Made by a program: the position numbers and the translations under genes
Shown here: positions 1-10,900 of the stretch, one piece after another
Layout: each line of letters begins with the position of its first letter
Numbering within the stretch: position 1 is the stretch's first letter
Notes under the pieces: model-generated
Seen by the model: the letters and a program-made list of their open reading frames with translations, nothing else
The model's database searches: none
Told to the model about the DNA's origin: nothing
DNA from: Trichomonas gallinae
Lineage: Eukaryota
Reading direction: 5' to 3'
Assembly (NCBI GenBank): GCA_008369845.1
Contig: MRSU01005553.1
Coordinates: 1-38,800, forward strand
Length of the DNA stretch: 38,800 nucleotides

Positions 1-142
1 AAAAATTAGAGTTTATTTTCGCTTAAAAACATCTTAATTAGCTTCTACATGAGATAGAGAGTAAGAAAATGCTATTTTTATGCTAAAAAAACGATGTTAG
101 ACGGGTTTGCACAGCGTTCGACGGGTTTTTAGGGTGACTGTA
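1..142. mobile_element. Probable terminus of a Tc1/mariner/pogo-type DNA transposon; the element would extend left of the window
   Basis: The minus strand reads TA|CAGTCACCCTAAAAACCCGTCGAACGCTGTGCAAACCCGTC. This is a CAGT start after TA, with a 9-bp direct repeat (GACGGGTTT at 100-108 and 120-128), in a GC-richer patch within AT-rich DNA. The partner end is not visible. Confidence 0.4.
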
Positions 143-173
143 ATTTAAAATATAAATTTAATATTAAATTGAT

Positions 174-2935
174 TTATTCATTGGAAAAATTTAATTCCAT
201 TTCTGCAATGAATACACAAATCTGAAGAATATCAGATTTTTTAGCAGGCAGTTCTTCTTCAGTTTCTTTGATTAGATTCTGACATTCTTTTCCTTCTCCA
301 GCACCAACTCGAACATAACAGAAATAAGGAGATTCATATGATTTGCTCACTGTAACTCTCGAAGCAGTCGTGTATATGGTATACACTGTTCCTGGATCAT
401 ACACATCATCATTTCCACAGAATATGACGTTTATATTCTTGCAAAAAGAAAATGAATATAAATCTAGTTGAATATTCTCAGCTATTACAACCTTTTCTAA
501 AGCCCAACAATCTTTGAATGCATTTTCTTTCGCAGTGATATTAAATGATAATACTAGGGAACGTAAATGGGTACAATTATAAAAGGCATTATTTTTGATA
601 ATACAATTCTCTAAAATCGCAATCTCTGTTATTGAACAATTTTGGAAACAGCTTGTTTCGATTCTTTCGATTGATTGACTCATATTAACAATCTTTAATG
701 ATGTACAATTATAAAACAAGCTAGAATTTAAAACCGTAATTGTTTCTGGAATAACAATTGATTCAAATAAAGTGCAATTATTAAAAGCAGAACTTCCTAT
801 GCTTTTTACAGTTTTTGGAATATTAAATGATTTTAAACTCGAACATGATCGAAATGAATTATATCCAATTGATTCTATCGAATTCGGATATTCTATAGAT
901 GTTAAACTGTAACAATTATAAAAAATTCCATTTGGTATGTAATTTATCTCATTTGGTAACTTAAAAGAAGAAAGTCTATAACAATTCTGGAATGAATAAT
1001 TTCCAAATTCACAGTTGTTATTTGATAAATCTATGCTAGTTATACACTCACAATTTCCAAATGCATAATTTCCAATGAATTGAATATTTTTGTTGATGTT
1101 AACTGTTTTGAGTTTGTAACAATATTGGAAACAATTATTCGGAATTGATTTAATTTGAGATCCAATTGTTACAGATGAAAGATTAATGCAATATGAAAAT
1201 GCATATTCTCCAATTGATTTGATGTTATTTCCAATGTTGAAGCTTGTCAAATACTGGCAACCAGAATATGCACCAGCCACAATTCGATCATTTATGCTTG
1301 AGTAGGATACACTTGTCAATCTATTACAACTCCCAAATACATTATATTCTAATTCAATATTTGACGATGAAATCACAATATTTTTCAAAGACTTGCAATT
1401 ATAAAATGCATTATTCCCAATGCTTTTTATAGATGATGGAATTGAGATGCTTGACAATGCAGTACATGATGAGAATGCATAATTTCCGATGCTACTTACA
1501 GACGATGGAATTGAGATGCTTGACAATGCAGTACATGATGAGAATGCATAATTTTCGATACTACTTACAGACGATGGAATTGAGATGCTTGATAGCATAC
1601 TGCATGATGAGAATGCATTATGTTCAATTATTTTAATTGAAGATGGAATCGATATAGATGAAAGTTCACTGCAGTTGTTAAATAAATTATATGTGATAGT
1701 ATTTATGGGTGATGGAATAGTGATGCTCTTCAAATTTGTGAATTGGAAAGCTGAATGATCAATATAAGTCACTGATGATGGAATTGTAACAGATGTTAAT
1801 TGTCGACACCAACTAAAAGCATAATATCCAATTTTTTGTATCGTAGAAAACGATCTTGATCCTGAGTAGTAGTAATATGTTGAATAACTGAACTGAGTCA
1901 GCTGTGACCATCCTGCGAATGCACCATCTGGGACATAATTTAAATTTGGGTATGAAATAGAATTAATAGGACTATTCCAAAAAACATCATAATCAAGCGA
2001 TATTTTTGTTGATTGAATTATAACAGAGCTTAACTGTAGACAATGAGAAAAACAATTCGCTCCAATCTTCAGAACTGATGGTGGAATTGTGATCGAAGTA
2101 AGTTTTGTATAATAAAAAACATGATTTTCAATGGTTTCAAGATTAGATGGTAACGATATTGATGTGATTCCTGAATTGTAAAACGCTGCACTCTCAATAC
2201 GAATAACATTTGAATGAAATGAAACACTACCAAGATTTATACAGTTATAAAATAAACAAGAAGGAATAACTCTAATATTTGAAGGAACAGTGAAAGAAAA
2301 AATCGAATTACAACCATAAAATGCAGATTGTCCTAATTTTTGAAGTTTCGAATGTGGTGCGTAAGAAAGTTTTAGGCATTGATAAAATGAAAATGGTCCT
2401 ATTTCTATGATTTGATTGTAGTTGCTTATAGAAGTCAATTGCTGACAATTAAAAAACGTATAACTATTTACTACAGTAATCATAGAAGAAAAATAAAATG
2501 ATGTAATTTTGGTATCTTGAAAAGAATAATTTCCGAGATATGATAATTTTGGAAGATTTGGTATGGACATTGAAAGCGAAGAACATTGGAAGAAGGAGTA
2601 ATTTCCAATTGTTTTTATCGAAGAAGGAAAGTTCATTGAGGCAAGATTCGTGCATTTCGAGAAGCAATAATCGCCTAAGATTTCGATAACATTGCTAAAT
2701 GTGACTCTTACGAGATTCTTGCACATTTCGAAGCATCTTGGAGGAATTTCTTTGATAGAACTCTTGGCCATGTTGACTTCAGTGATCGTCTCATCTCTAG
2801 CGAATAAGTTAATGAGCACAGCTCCATTGATTGTAACGAGTCCTTTCCCATCTGTCTTGAAGTCCACGAACTAAAAATCATCATTATTTTTACCTGCTGA
2901 ACTCCATCAAGTCCGATGGATTTCGGAATTGGCAT
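174..2935 (-). CDS. BspA-like leucine-rich-repeat (TpLRR/LRR_5) surface protein
   Basis: More than 30 repeats of the type LxSIxIPxSVxxIGxxAFxxC. The main frame is 174..2870. The track start at 2867 is GTG, and the first in-frame ATG is at 2771. An ATG at 2935 joins the frame if 2871-2893 is spliced. The start is therefore uncertain, but the product is not. Confidence 0.92.
1432..1638. repeat. Three near-identical 69-bp tandem units, each one 23-aa LRR, inside the BspA gene
   Basis: The unit GAYGATGGAATTGAGATGCTTGACAATGCAGTACATGATGAGAATGCATAATTT... starts at 1432, 1501 and 1570. Confidence 0.95.
2871..2893 (-). other. Candidate 23-nt phase-0 GT-AG intron
   Basis: Minus strand: CAG|GTAAAAATAATGATGATTTTTAG|TTC. 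Removal fuses MPIPKSIGLDGVQQ (ATG 2935) in frame to FVDFKTDGKG of the BspA ORF and removes the TAG that closes that frame upstream. Confidence 0.4.
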
Positions 2936-3534
2936 GAACAATTTTTTATCGATTCATAAACAATTTTATATAGATGTAATGTATTATTACTTCGCAAACA
3001 GAAGAGATAGAATCTTATTTTCTGAAGCACTGAAAAATTCAATAGAGGAAAAATAGACAATGATATTAGAAAATCTCAATTTTTTTTAATTCCTAAGTCA
3101 TTTCATTAATTTTGAATTGATTACTACATGTTTAAGTTATTATTCTCCTTTATGACTACCATCGATTCTCGGGCAGTGCAAATCTTTTTTCTTTGATTCC
3201 ATTTTAGTAGTTATTCAATAATCTCAAGTATAAGGATGCAATTCCGGAAGATATTCTAGAAATTTCCCAAACTCCCTTTTTGCTATCTTCTAGGATAAAT
3301 AACCTTTTTTTGATTTTTATTTCAGTAAATAATCTATTCATGCTGGACAATATTTCATCAACTAACACATGCTAACAATTTGGCTTTGAGCATCACAAAA
3401 CAGATAATCTATAGAGTAGACAGGATTGATCAATCAATCAACAGACCTAGATAGATTATCAGTTTTAAGAACCAATTGTTATGTTTAGAGAAAAAATATG
3501 AATCGTTTTCAATAGAGAATAAAGATAAAAGTAT

Positions 3535-5901
3535 TTAGTATTCGGAGTAACCAGCATTCTTGAGTGTGTTCTTGAGGGAGATTGGCTTGAATTCGTAACC
3601 TGTGCCCTGGTAGAACTTGGAGCAGAATTCGACCCACATAAGACGAATGCCGTGAAGAAGAGCGGAGAAGGCTTCCATACCAAGAAGAATGGCGGCTGTC
3701 ATAACTGTGAAGGCAAGGAAGACGATGAATGTGATGAGCCATGCGATGCTTGGGTTCTGGTTGAAACCGAGAAGGAAGAGCTGCTCCCAGATAACCTTGG
3801 AAAGCTGAGAGTGAGCGAGGGAAAGAGCCCAAAGACGAAGGTAAGAAGCTGTGTGAGAAAGAGCCTGAAGGACGAACTCAATAACGTGAATAAGGTTCAT
3901 AACGATTGTTTCGAGAATTGAGAAGCCTGGTTCACCGTGGTGGTTGAAGGCATCGAAGCATGGCTTAAGAATCAAGAATAGTGGGATAGAGATGAAGAAG
4001 ATAATTGTAATAACTGTCTGAGCAGCCCACTGTCCTCTGTAAAGGTGAAGAGAAGAATCCTGCTTGCCGAAGCTGAGAATCATACCGATCATAACCTGAA
4101 TAAGGTTGACACCATCATGTTGAATTTCCGTATCGAAGAAGGAGTTGCCTTCGAACTTTGTGCACCATTTCCAAATGATGATAACGACCATGTAACCGTA
4201 GAATGGAACAAGATATAAGAATTCTGGGATTCTGTGGCAGATAATTTCTTCCCATTCGTGGTTGACGAAGTTGTTAATGAAAGAGAGAACAAGACCAAAG
4301 ATCATTTGTGCCATACCAACGATAACTGACATTTTCATCTTGAATGAGTTTGAGAAAATAAGTTCATTATCCTTGAAGAACCATTGTGGATCCATACCAA
4401 ATGGATAAACAGTATTATCCTTACGCTTGTAGTATGTTGTAGAAGAAGAACTTGACTTTTCTTCATCTACCACCCACCTTGAACCGAAGAAGTTAATTGG
4501 GAGTGAAAATGTTTCGTTATAGAGGAAACCACAGTATAATGATGAGAGGGAAGCGAAGAGTAAGAACCATTTGAGTTTGTCGACCATATCAAGAGCGCCA
4601 CCCATGCTATTGCCTTTCTTCTTCATGATTGGGACCATTAAGAACATACCGATTGTAACTGCGATGTAGAATATTGAGTGACCCATGTCGCCGAACATGA
4701 TACCGAATAAGAATGGATACATGCAATAGAAAGCACCAGCGTTCATTTCGTTGTAGTTTGGAACACCATAAGCATCGTTGAAGAGTTGGAATGAGTATGA
4801 GAAGTTGTTTGTTTCGATGAATGTTGGTGGATCGAGCTTTGTGCTCTCAGCTGGTGTGTTGTTGACACGGATCTGGATTGGAGACTCGGCAGCATGTGTA
4901 GCACGGTCAGCCAATGGGCCGAGCTCGTTGATGAATCTCCTTGGCATCCAGCCATTGTAATAAACGTAGCCCTCTTCGCGTGAAAAGTCACCGAAGTCGA
5001 TTGTGGACCAGATCTGGGACTCGCGGACGATTCTCATATCCCAATTCCAGTAGTTTCCGGCGATCTCATCAAGATATTGGAAGTTGGAGTTGCGTGCTTG
5101 AAGGGCAATGTTCCTTGTCTGAGCAATCTCAGCGCTGATCTCCTGCTGGAGCTTCTGAATCTCTTCTGGTTGTGTTGGGAATTCATAAACGTTCTTGGAG
5201 AATGATTGAGCGATAGCCTTGATCTTCTGGAGTGCAACAGTTGATGAAACGAAGACGAGGAATGGTGTTGTCTTAGCATTGGAGTCGCCGAAGTGGATAA
5301 CAGCGTTGCGGCGTGTAACACGAAGGATAATTTTCTGCAAACGCTGGATACTTTCGTTGGCAACATAGCCACAGCATGATGGGAGATTGTTGAAGCTAGA
5401 CATTTCCATATTATCATTATGTGGTAGTGACATTGTGGATTCTGAAACTTCAGAGCGGTCCTGCATATCATCCTGATCGAGGTTTGGAATGTAGAACTCA
5501 AGAAGAGCATTTTTCTCGCGCAACTGCTTTAATTGATCTTTAATTCTTTCGTACATTGTTGTCTTTTCTCTTAATTCAGAATCTGCCTGAAGGATTGTGT
5601 TAACAACCTCCTGGAGGGTCTGATCAGATGTCTGGCTTAAAGCTTGCTGAACTTTTGGCTGCGGTGGAAGTTTCTTTGTAGCTGTCAACTGCGTTTTCAT
5701 GAAAGAAAGAGATCTAGATGCTTCTTCGCATTGGAGGTAGACCTCTGTATATCTCTTGTCAACAGACTTGTTGCCTGTATTATTATCAACGAGTTGAATC
5801 CTTCCATTTTCAGCGATTTCTTTGATCAGTGCTGCAGCGGACTGAACAGGACTGACTAATTCAACATAGTCCATTCTCTCAGGGAAGAAAACAGACGCCA
5901 T
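3535..5901 (-). CDS. V-type H+-ATPase V0 subunit a (116-kDa subunit family)
   Basis: 788 aa. Soluble N-terminal half followed by PPTF..TN, YGVPNYNE, PFLFGIMFGDMGH, NSFKMKMSVIVG, SHTASYLRLWALSLAH (essential Arg retained), LRL-like IRLMWVEF and KFYQGTG motifs. Confidence 0.97.
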   Translation of the reverse strand: MASVFFPERMDYVELVSPVQSAAALIKEIAENGRIQLVDNNTGNKSVDKRYTEVYLQCEEASRSLSFMKTQLTATKKLPPQPKVQQALSQTSDQTLQEVVNTILQADSELREKTTMYERIKDQLKQLREKNALLEFYIPNLDQDDMQDRSEVSESTMSLPHNDNMEMSSFNNLPSCCGYVANESIQRLQKIILRVTRRNAVIHFGDSNAKTTPFLVFVSSTVALQKIKAIAQSFSKNVYEFPTQPEEIQKLQQEISAEIAQTRNIALQARNSNFQYLDEIAGNYWNWDMRIVRESQIWSTIDFGDFSREEGYVYYNGWMPRRFINELGPLADRATHAAESPIQIRVNNTPAESTKLDPPTFIETNNFSYSFQLFNDAYGVPNYNEMNAGAFYCMYPFLFGIMFGDMGHSIFYIAVTIGMFLMVPIMKKKGNSMGGALDMVDKLKWFLLFASLSSLYCGFLYNETFSLPINFFGSRWVVDEEKSSSSSTTYYKRKDNTVYPFGMDPQWFFKDNELIFSNSFKMKMSVIVGMAQMIFGLVLSFINNFVNHEWEEIICHRIPEFLYLVPFYGYMVVIIIWKWCTKFEGNSFFDTEIQHDGVNLIQVMIGMILSFGKQDSSLHLYRGQWAAQTVITIIFFISIPLFLILKPCFDAFNHHGEPGFSILETIVMNLIHVIEFVLQALSHTASYLRLWALSLAHSQLSKVIWEQLFLLGFNQNPSIAWLITFIVFLAFTVMTAAILLGMEAFSALLHGIRLMWVEFCSKFYQGTGYEFKPISLKNTLKNAGYSEY

Positions 5902-6087
5902 TGTTTATTAAAAAATAATATGTGGCTATCGATACCCTCAAAATCTTTGTAAACATCTCAATTTATTTCTTTAATTTACAGACGGCTTAATCGTACCTCT
6001 CCCCTCAATTTCAGAATGTATGCATCTCTATTTTAGTCATTATTTCACCAAATTTTTCGATTTTTAATTTATGTGTACATAAATAAT

Positions 6088-6515
6088 ACGGGCGTGGAAG
6101 AGTTAACAAACTGGTTTATATGCTATTATATTATATATGCAGACTGTTTAATGCATAATATATATTTGAATGGATTATTATCGTTACTTTGTTTGCAAAT
6201 AAAAATCGAAAATTTTGATGTAATTATGCATAAAAGTATTTTATGCTTTATTATTTTACATTTGTATATCGATTTAAAATTGAATTACAATAATCGTAGT
6301 TTACATTACAAATAAAAATTGAAAGTTAATTTGATATTTTAATATATATAATTTGCAGCCTAGTTTAAACATTGAATTGAAAATTATCGTTACTTTGTTA
6401 GCGAATAAAAATCAAAAACTTTGATGTAATTATGCATAAAATAGTCTAAGATTTTATTATTTGATATTCTTAAAGCGATTTATAATTGAACTGATAATTA
6501 TCGTAGTTTACATAA
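6088..6515 (+). repeat. Degenerate tandem array with 206-bp period built from two related ~100-bp subunits
   Basis: TTGAA..ATWATCGT cores start at 6166, 6280, 6372 and 6486 (6166->6372 and 6280->6486 are both 206 bp). The block TTATCGTTACTTTGTTWGCRAATAAAAATCRAAAAYTTTGATGTAATTATGCATAAAA occurs twice. Confidence 0.85.
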
Positions 6516-7339
6516 GTTTTTATATGTTCGATCGTCCGAGGTTTGTGAAAATTTATTTCTATCTAATGTCTATTGTGTTTTTAACAGATATTTCACCAAA
6601 TTATTTGGAGGTCTTGTTTTTATATATATATATATTCTCGAGATCCCAATAATCGACAAAATGAAATTCGGAAAAACTCTGTGCATTATTGTGCTTGGAT
6701 GGGCTTGATTTTAGATGCTTTTATCCATGGATAATGACTTTGACCAATCACTGATCAAGATATTTCCTTTTCCTGATCGTTAACACGCTCTAAATCTCAG
6801 ATATTATTGGTGCAAAAATGTGATGTAAATGATATAAACGTTTCTACACTGTTTTTCATCAAAATATATCAATATAATCAAAGCGAAAGGTTTAAGCCTT
6901 GAGATTTCGAAATTATATCATAGTTCATCTATTAAATAGAAATCCAATTGTCAACATAATAAATATCAATTTTTTTCAATTGATATTGAATATTTCCATA
7001 TTTTAATGTGTATACGAATCATAGTCGTCATATTATTATTGAGTTAAACTTATATATGTTATTACTCTTGAATATATCCACTTGATTACTAAATTTTAAA
7101 AAAACACACATAAAATATATTTCTTTCAGAGTTCTTCTCTTATATACAGTCAATAATAGCTAATAAATAATAATATTTCAAATAGAAAATGGTCAACTAC
7201 GATAATTTTGTTAAGGATCAAAATATTTTGATATTTTAGATTTAAACCATAAGAAATCAATACTAATGGATCTATATTAGTGATTTTTATACTAGATATT
7301 GTCCAAATCCTCTGATATTATTTTTCTTATGAATATCTA

Positions 7340-7392
7340 TTAATTTTATCAAAGTTTGTTGATGAATTTAGTATATAAACTACGAGATAATA
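7340..7392 (-). repeat. Inverted copy of the ~100-bp intergenic repeat unit
   Basis: The reverse complement ATTATCTCGTAGTTTATATACTAAATTCATCAACAAACTTTGATAAAATTA aligns with 6383-6432 and 6291-6340. Also, 7195-7207 is the exact reverse complement of 6496-6508 (AATTATCGTAGTT). Confidence 0.55.
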
Positions 7393-7467
7393 ACAAATAA
7401 AGAAGAAAAAGAAAGAAGAGACATGTGACGTGAAACTGACATGTGATATAAATTGAGAGAAAGGTGG

Positions 7468-7472
7468 CCTTT
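7468..7472 (+). promoter_or_regulatory. M5-type (CCTTT) core promoter element of RPS27
   Basis: CCTTT ends 7 nt before ATG 7480, and no TCAYT initiator is nearby. This motif is known from Trichomonas vaginalis ribosomal-protein promoters. Confidence 0.65.
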
Positions 7473-7479
7473 CTTTCGA

Positions 7480-7740
7480 ATGACTACGCTCGATGTCGAC
7501 ATCCTCCACCCATCTGTTGAGCAGGAGGCCCACAAGAACAAGAAGATGACACTCGTTCCAAACCCACGTTCCGAGTTCCTCTCTCTTCGCTGCCCATCGT
7601 GCACAGCTCTTACAACAGCATTTTCACACTCCAACGTCCCAGTTTACTGCAAGAACTGCCAGACACCACTTGCTACACCAACAGGTGGCCGCATCAATCT
7701 TGCTGACCAGGTCGAAATCCGCCCACGTGTCAACGCATAA
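7480..7740 (+). CDS. RPS27: 40S ribosomal protein S27 (eS27), 86 aa
   Basis: DILHPS..E..K.K...LVPNP.S.F...CPSC...TTAFSHS...V.CKNC...LA.PTGG zinc ribbon, with the codon bias of a highly expressed gene. The true ATG is at 7480; the track start at 7453 is TTG. Confidence 0.97.
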   Translation: MTTLDVDILHPSVEQEAHKNKKMTLVPNPRSEFLSLRCPSCTALTTAFSHSNVPVYCKNCQTPLATPTGGRINLADQVEIRPRVNA

Positions 7741-7953
7741 AATGGATGGTTGAAATTTTAAAGTTCTTTTCTAATATATACTACAAAATCTGGGATATTG
7801 AAGTCTTATATAATACTTAAATTCATAAAAATCTAAATTCCATATAAGACAGAATCATATCCCTTGATTTTGTATAATTTTTCCAACAATATTGAATGAT
7901 ATAACATAGACAAACAAAAAATGAATAGAATTAACATGTAAATTCTATAATAT

Positions 7954-10900
7954 TTATAAATGAATATAACAAAATTGCACGAATCCATCGTGCATGATAA
8001 TAACAAATCTTTCTGTCGTGAAGTCGTATGAAGTCCATACGACTCTTGACCTTGTTTCGTAGAACCTTATTACTGATTCTGGATATAACGCATCAAAGAA
8101 GCCTAATTTGTTCTCTGTATCTTGGAATACAACATAATCGAAGCCGGATGGTGAAATGAACTTCCACCACGAGACAATCTCAGCGGGCATAGCTGTTCTC
8201 TTAATGAATTCTCCATCGGATGACAAAATCACGATGTCCTTCATTGTCTGAACAACAACGAAGCCAAACGTACTGGTAATAAGCAACTTCAGGACAGTAT
8301 CATTAGCATTGTATGAATTAACTTTGCGCTTTGTTCGGAAATCATATACGCAAACGATATTGTTTGCCAATGCTAATGCAACTAATTTAAATCTTGGCTC
8401 AACTGCTGCGCAAACAATGTTTGACTTCGCTCTGCATATTATAGAGAACTGCACATCTTCATTAAATGACAGTTCAGACAATGTTGCTCGATTTGGACAG
8501 AAAATTACTCGATCGTCAGCAGCGATAACTATATTCGTGTCGAAAGAAAAGTTGTGGCACTCAGAAATTTCTTTCCTTTTGACTGTGACAATTGACTGGC
8601 GTTCTATTGAAGCAACAACAAGGAAGTCTTCGTAGTTGTCGTAGATTTCGTAGTTATTGTCGCCAACAGTTCCAACGTGTTTTGGTTCTGTTATTGATAC
8701 TTTATCGAGCAGAGTTATTTTGAACTGTATCAGTTTTCCTGAATCAAGCAGCGCACAAAATGTGATATAAGATATATCTTGAGCAATAACATAAACAGTT
8801 TTGATCAAATCAGCGCCAATATTGAATGAAAAGTTTTCATGATTTTGTTTGCTTTTGTTTAGTGATTGTTTCTGAGGATGATCGACTCTAAATAATTGTC
8901 TGTGCGGAACTTTGTTGACTCTTATGCCGAAAATGGAGTCAATCCACATCGGAAGTCTTTTGGAAACGAAATTAGATTCAAGGATTTTCCTTAGTTTGTA
9001 GACAAATTCGAATTCTGAATTTGCCCAACTTGGCAATTCATTTTTGTTCGCGATTGTATGCGAAAAGAAGAAGAAATCAGGGACAACGAATCTATTTGGT
9101 GCAAAGCATTGTTCAAGAGATGGTAATTGGCCTTGTGATGGATAATATATTCGCTCCATTAAAGGAGGGAACCATTTTTTGATTTGCGTGAAATCAGACA
9201 AATTTTCGATGTCGTTGATGTCATTGAAGAATGATGGGAAGATCGGATACAAGTGTGGATCATTAAACGACCTTCCAGCTAAGACGTTCATCTTCACTAA
9301 ATACTCGAAGTTGCTCATCAGGCCAAGAATCCATCTGTGTGTTGCGTGCATTCGCGCGAAAGTTTCAGCTGAAACCATTCTTTGCAAGATCTGCATTTTC
9401 GGTGTTTTCGCTTGAAGGAATGAATTAATTGCAGCTGGATGTTCTTCATCGATGAAATCAATTAAATAGCTTCTTCCATTCTCCAAAAACAGTTCAATTC
9501 CTGTCTCTCGTCCATTTATCCTTCGTGTCAAAACCATGTAAATCTGCTTGTTGTCGATCATTTTCATTTTTTCTCTGGAAAACAGTAAAATGTTGCTCGG
9601 ATATAATTTGAAAATATAATGATTGCTTCCAGTGATTTTGATCTGCGTGCATTTATGACTGTAAATAGGTAGTTCAATGTTATTCAGTTCGATGTTCTTT
9701 TTAACATTTTGAGCTTTGCGTTTTAACTTCATTGGACACAAACAGTAGCAGCTTGTTCTGTCTTTTGTCAGCGGAAGAACTTGACTGGGTGGAAGAGAGA
9801 AGAAAGACTGAACTTCTTGGATATCGATTTCAATCTTTGTATTGCTCATAGATATGTATTCAATGACCGGACGAGGCTCCGCGTATTCGGAGAAAACGTG
9901 AGCATCATTGATACTTTTGTTGACGAATGTTGATAGTTGTAAAACGGAGTATTTAAATATTTTGTTGTATTCAGCGACAATTTCATCAATTAGCTCTGAG
10001 TTGCTCATAAAGTTCTCATTTTCATCATCCCTTTGCAAAAAGTGTCTAATCAGCCTAATCCTTTGGCTCAGTCCTGGATCATGCAAACCTTTTAATATCA
10101 TCAAAGCTTTTTCACTGTCTATCCATTTTCCTTGCTCATTGATTCTCACTGAGAAAACGCAGCTCATGTTTGCGGCATTATTTGACAAAAAGTTAGAAAG
10201 AGCATCTGGTGTTTTAACATCTTGTATCATCACTTTAAAATCATCATGAACAGTTTCTCTGCTGAATGGCGACCTCAAAAATTCTTCATTCAAGGCCGAA
10301 TTCAAGACACTCATCTTGATTCTCATGAACAGTGAGTCAGTAATGAATGAAATGTTCTTATTAGACAAATAGTTCAATATTGTTTGCATTATGTTAATTG
10401 TAACGAATTCATTTTTCGTATTCGAATAAGATGAAAAAATGTTGCAGAGGACAAAAATGTTAAATAAGTCTGTATCAAATTCTGGAGAAGCCAATAAAAC
10501 CTTTCCAATGAATAAAGCCATTGATACCTGATCTTCATTATTGCATCCATATGCCAATAAAAGCGGCCAAATATACCAATTGTTGCAAAACAAACCTGAC
10601 AAATTTTCAACAGAAATTTTGTTGAATTCATTTATCGCGCGCTTCTTCTTTTCATCATCCAGTCTGATAGCAAACAAGCAAATGAATTGATAGAACTGTT
10701 GTGAATCTAGCAACTCTTCTAATAATTTCTTGAATAGTTCTTCAAGTGGAACATTTTTCGCGAGATAAAGGAAAGATATATTCAACATCGGCGAACTTTC
10801 GTAGTTGAGTTTTAAGATCAACTTCATTGTTGTTATAACTGTGTCAACATTGGAAGACAATAAACAGTCTCGTAATTGTGTGACTGTGTCTATTCTATCG

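Noticed and set aside
1244..1636. Plus-strand ORFs with repeated peptides
   Set aside because: Antisense shadows of the 69-bp BspA repeats.
3130..3460. Possible decayed coding fragment between BspA and V-ATPase
   Set aside because: Only ~25-codon open stretches with no recognisable family.
3465..5859. Many short overlapping ORFs within the V-ATPase gene (likewise inside the BEACH, PIKK and DZIP-like genes)
   Set aside because: Off-frame or antisense by-products of codon bias and low complexity, with no independent coding signal.
6073..6652. Track ORFs of 80 and 63 aa
   Set aside because: Non-ATG starts and I/Y/F/L-rich translations of the AT-rich repeat array.
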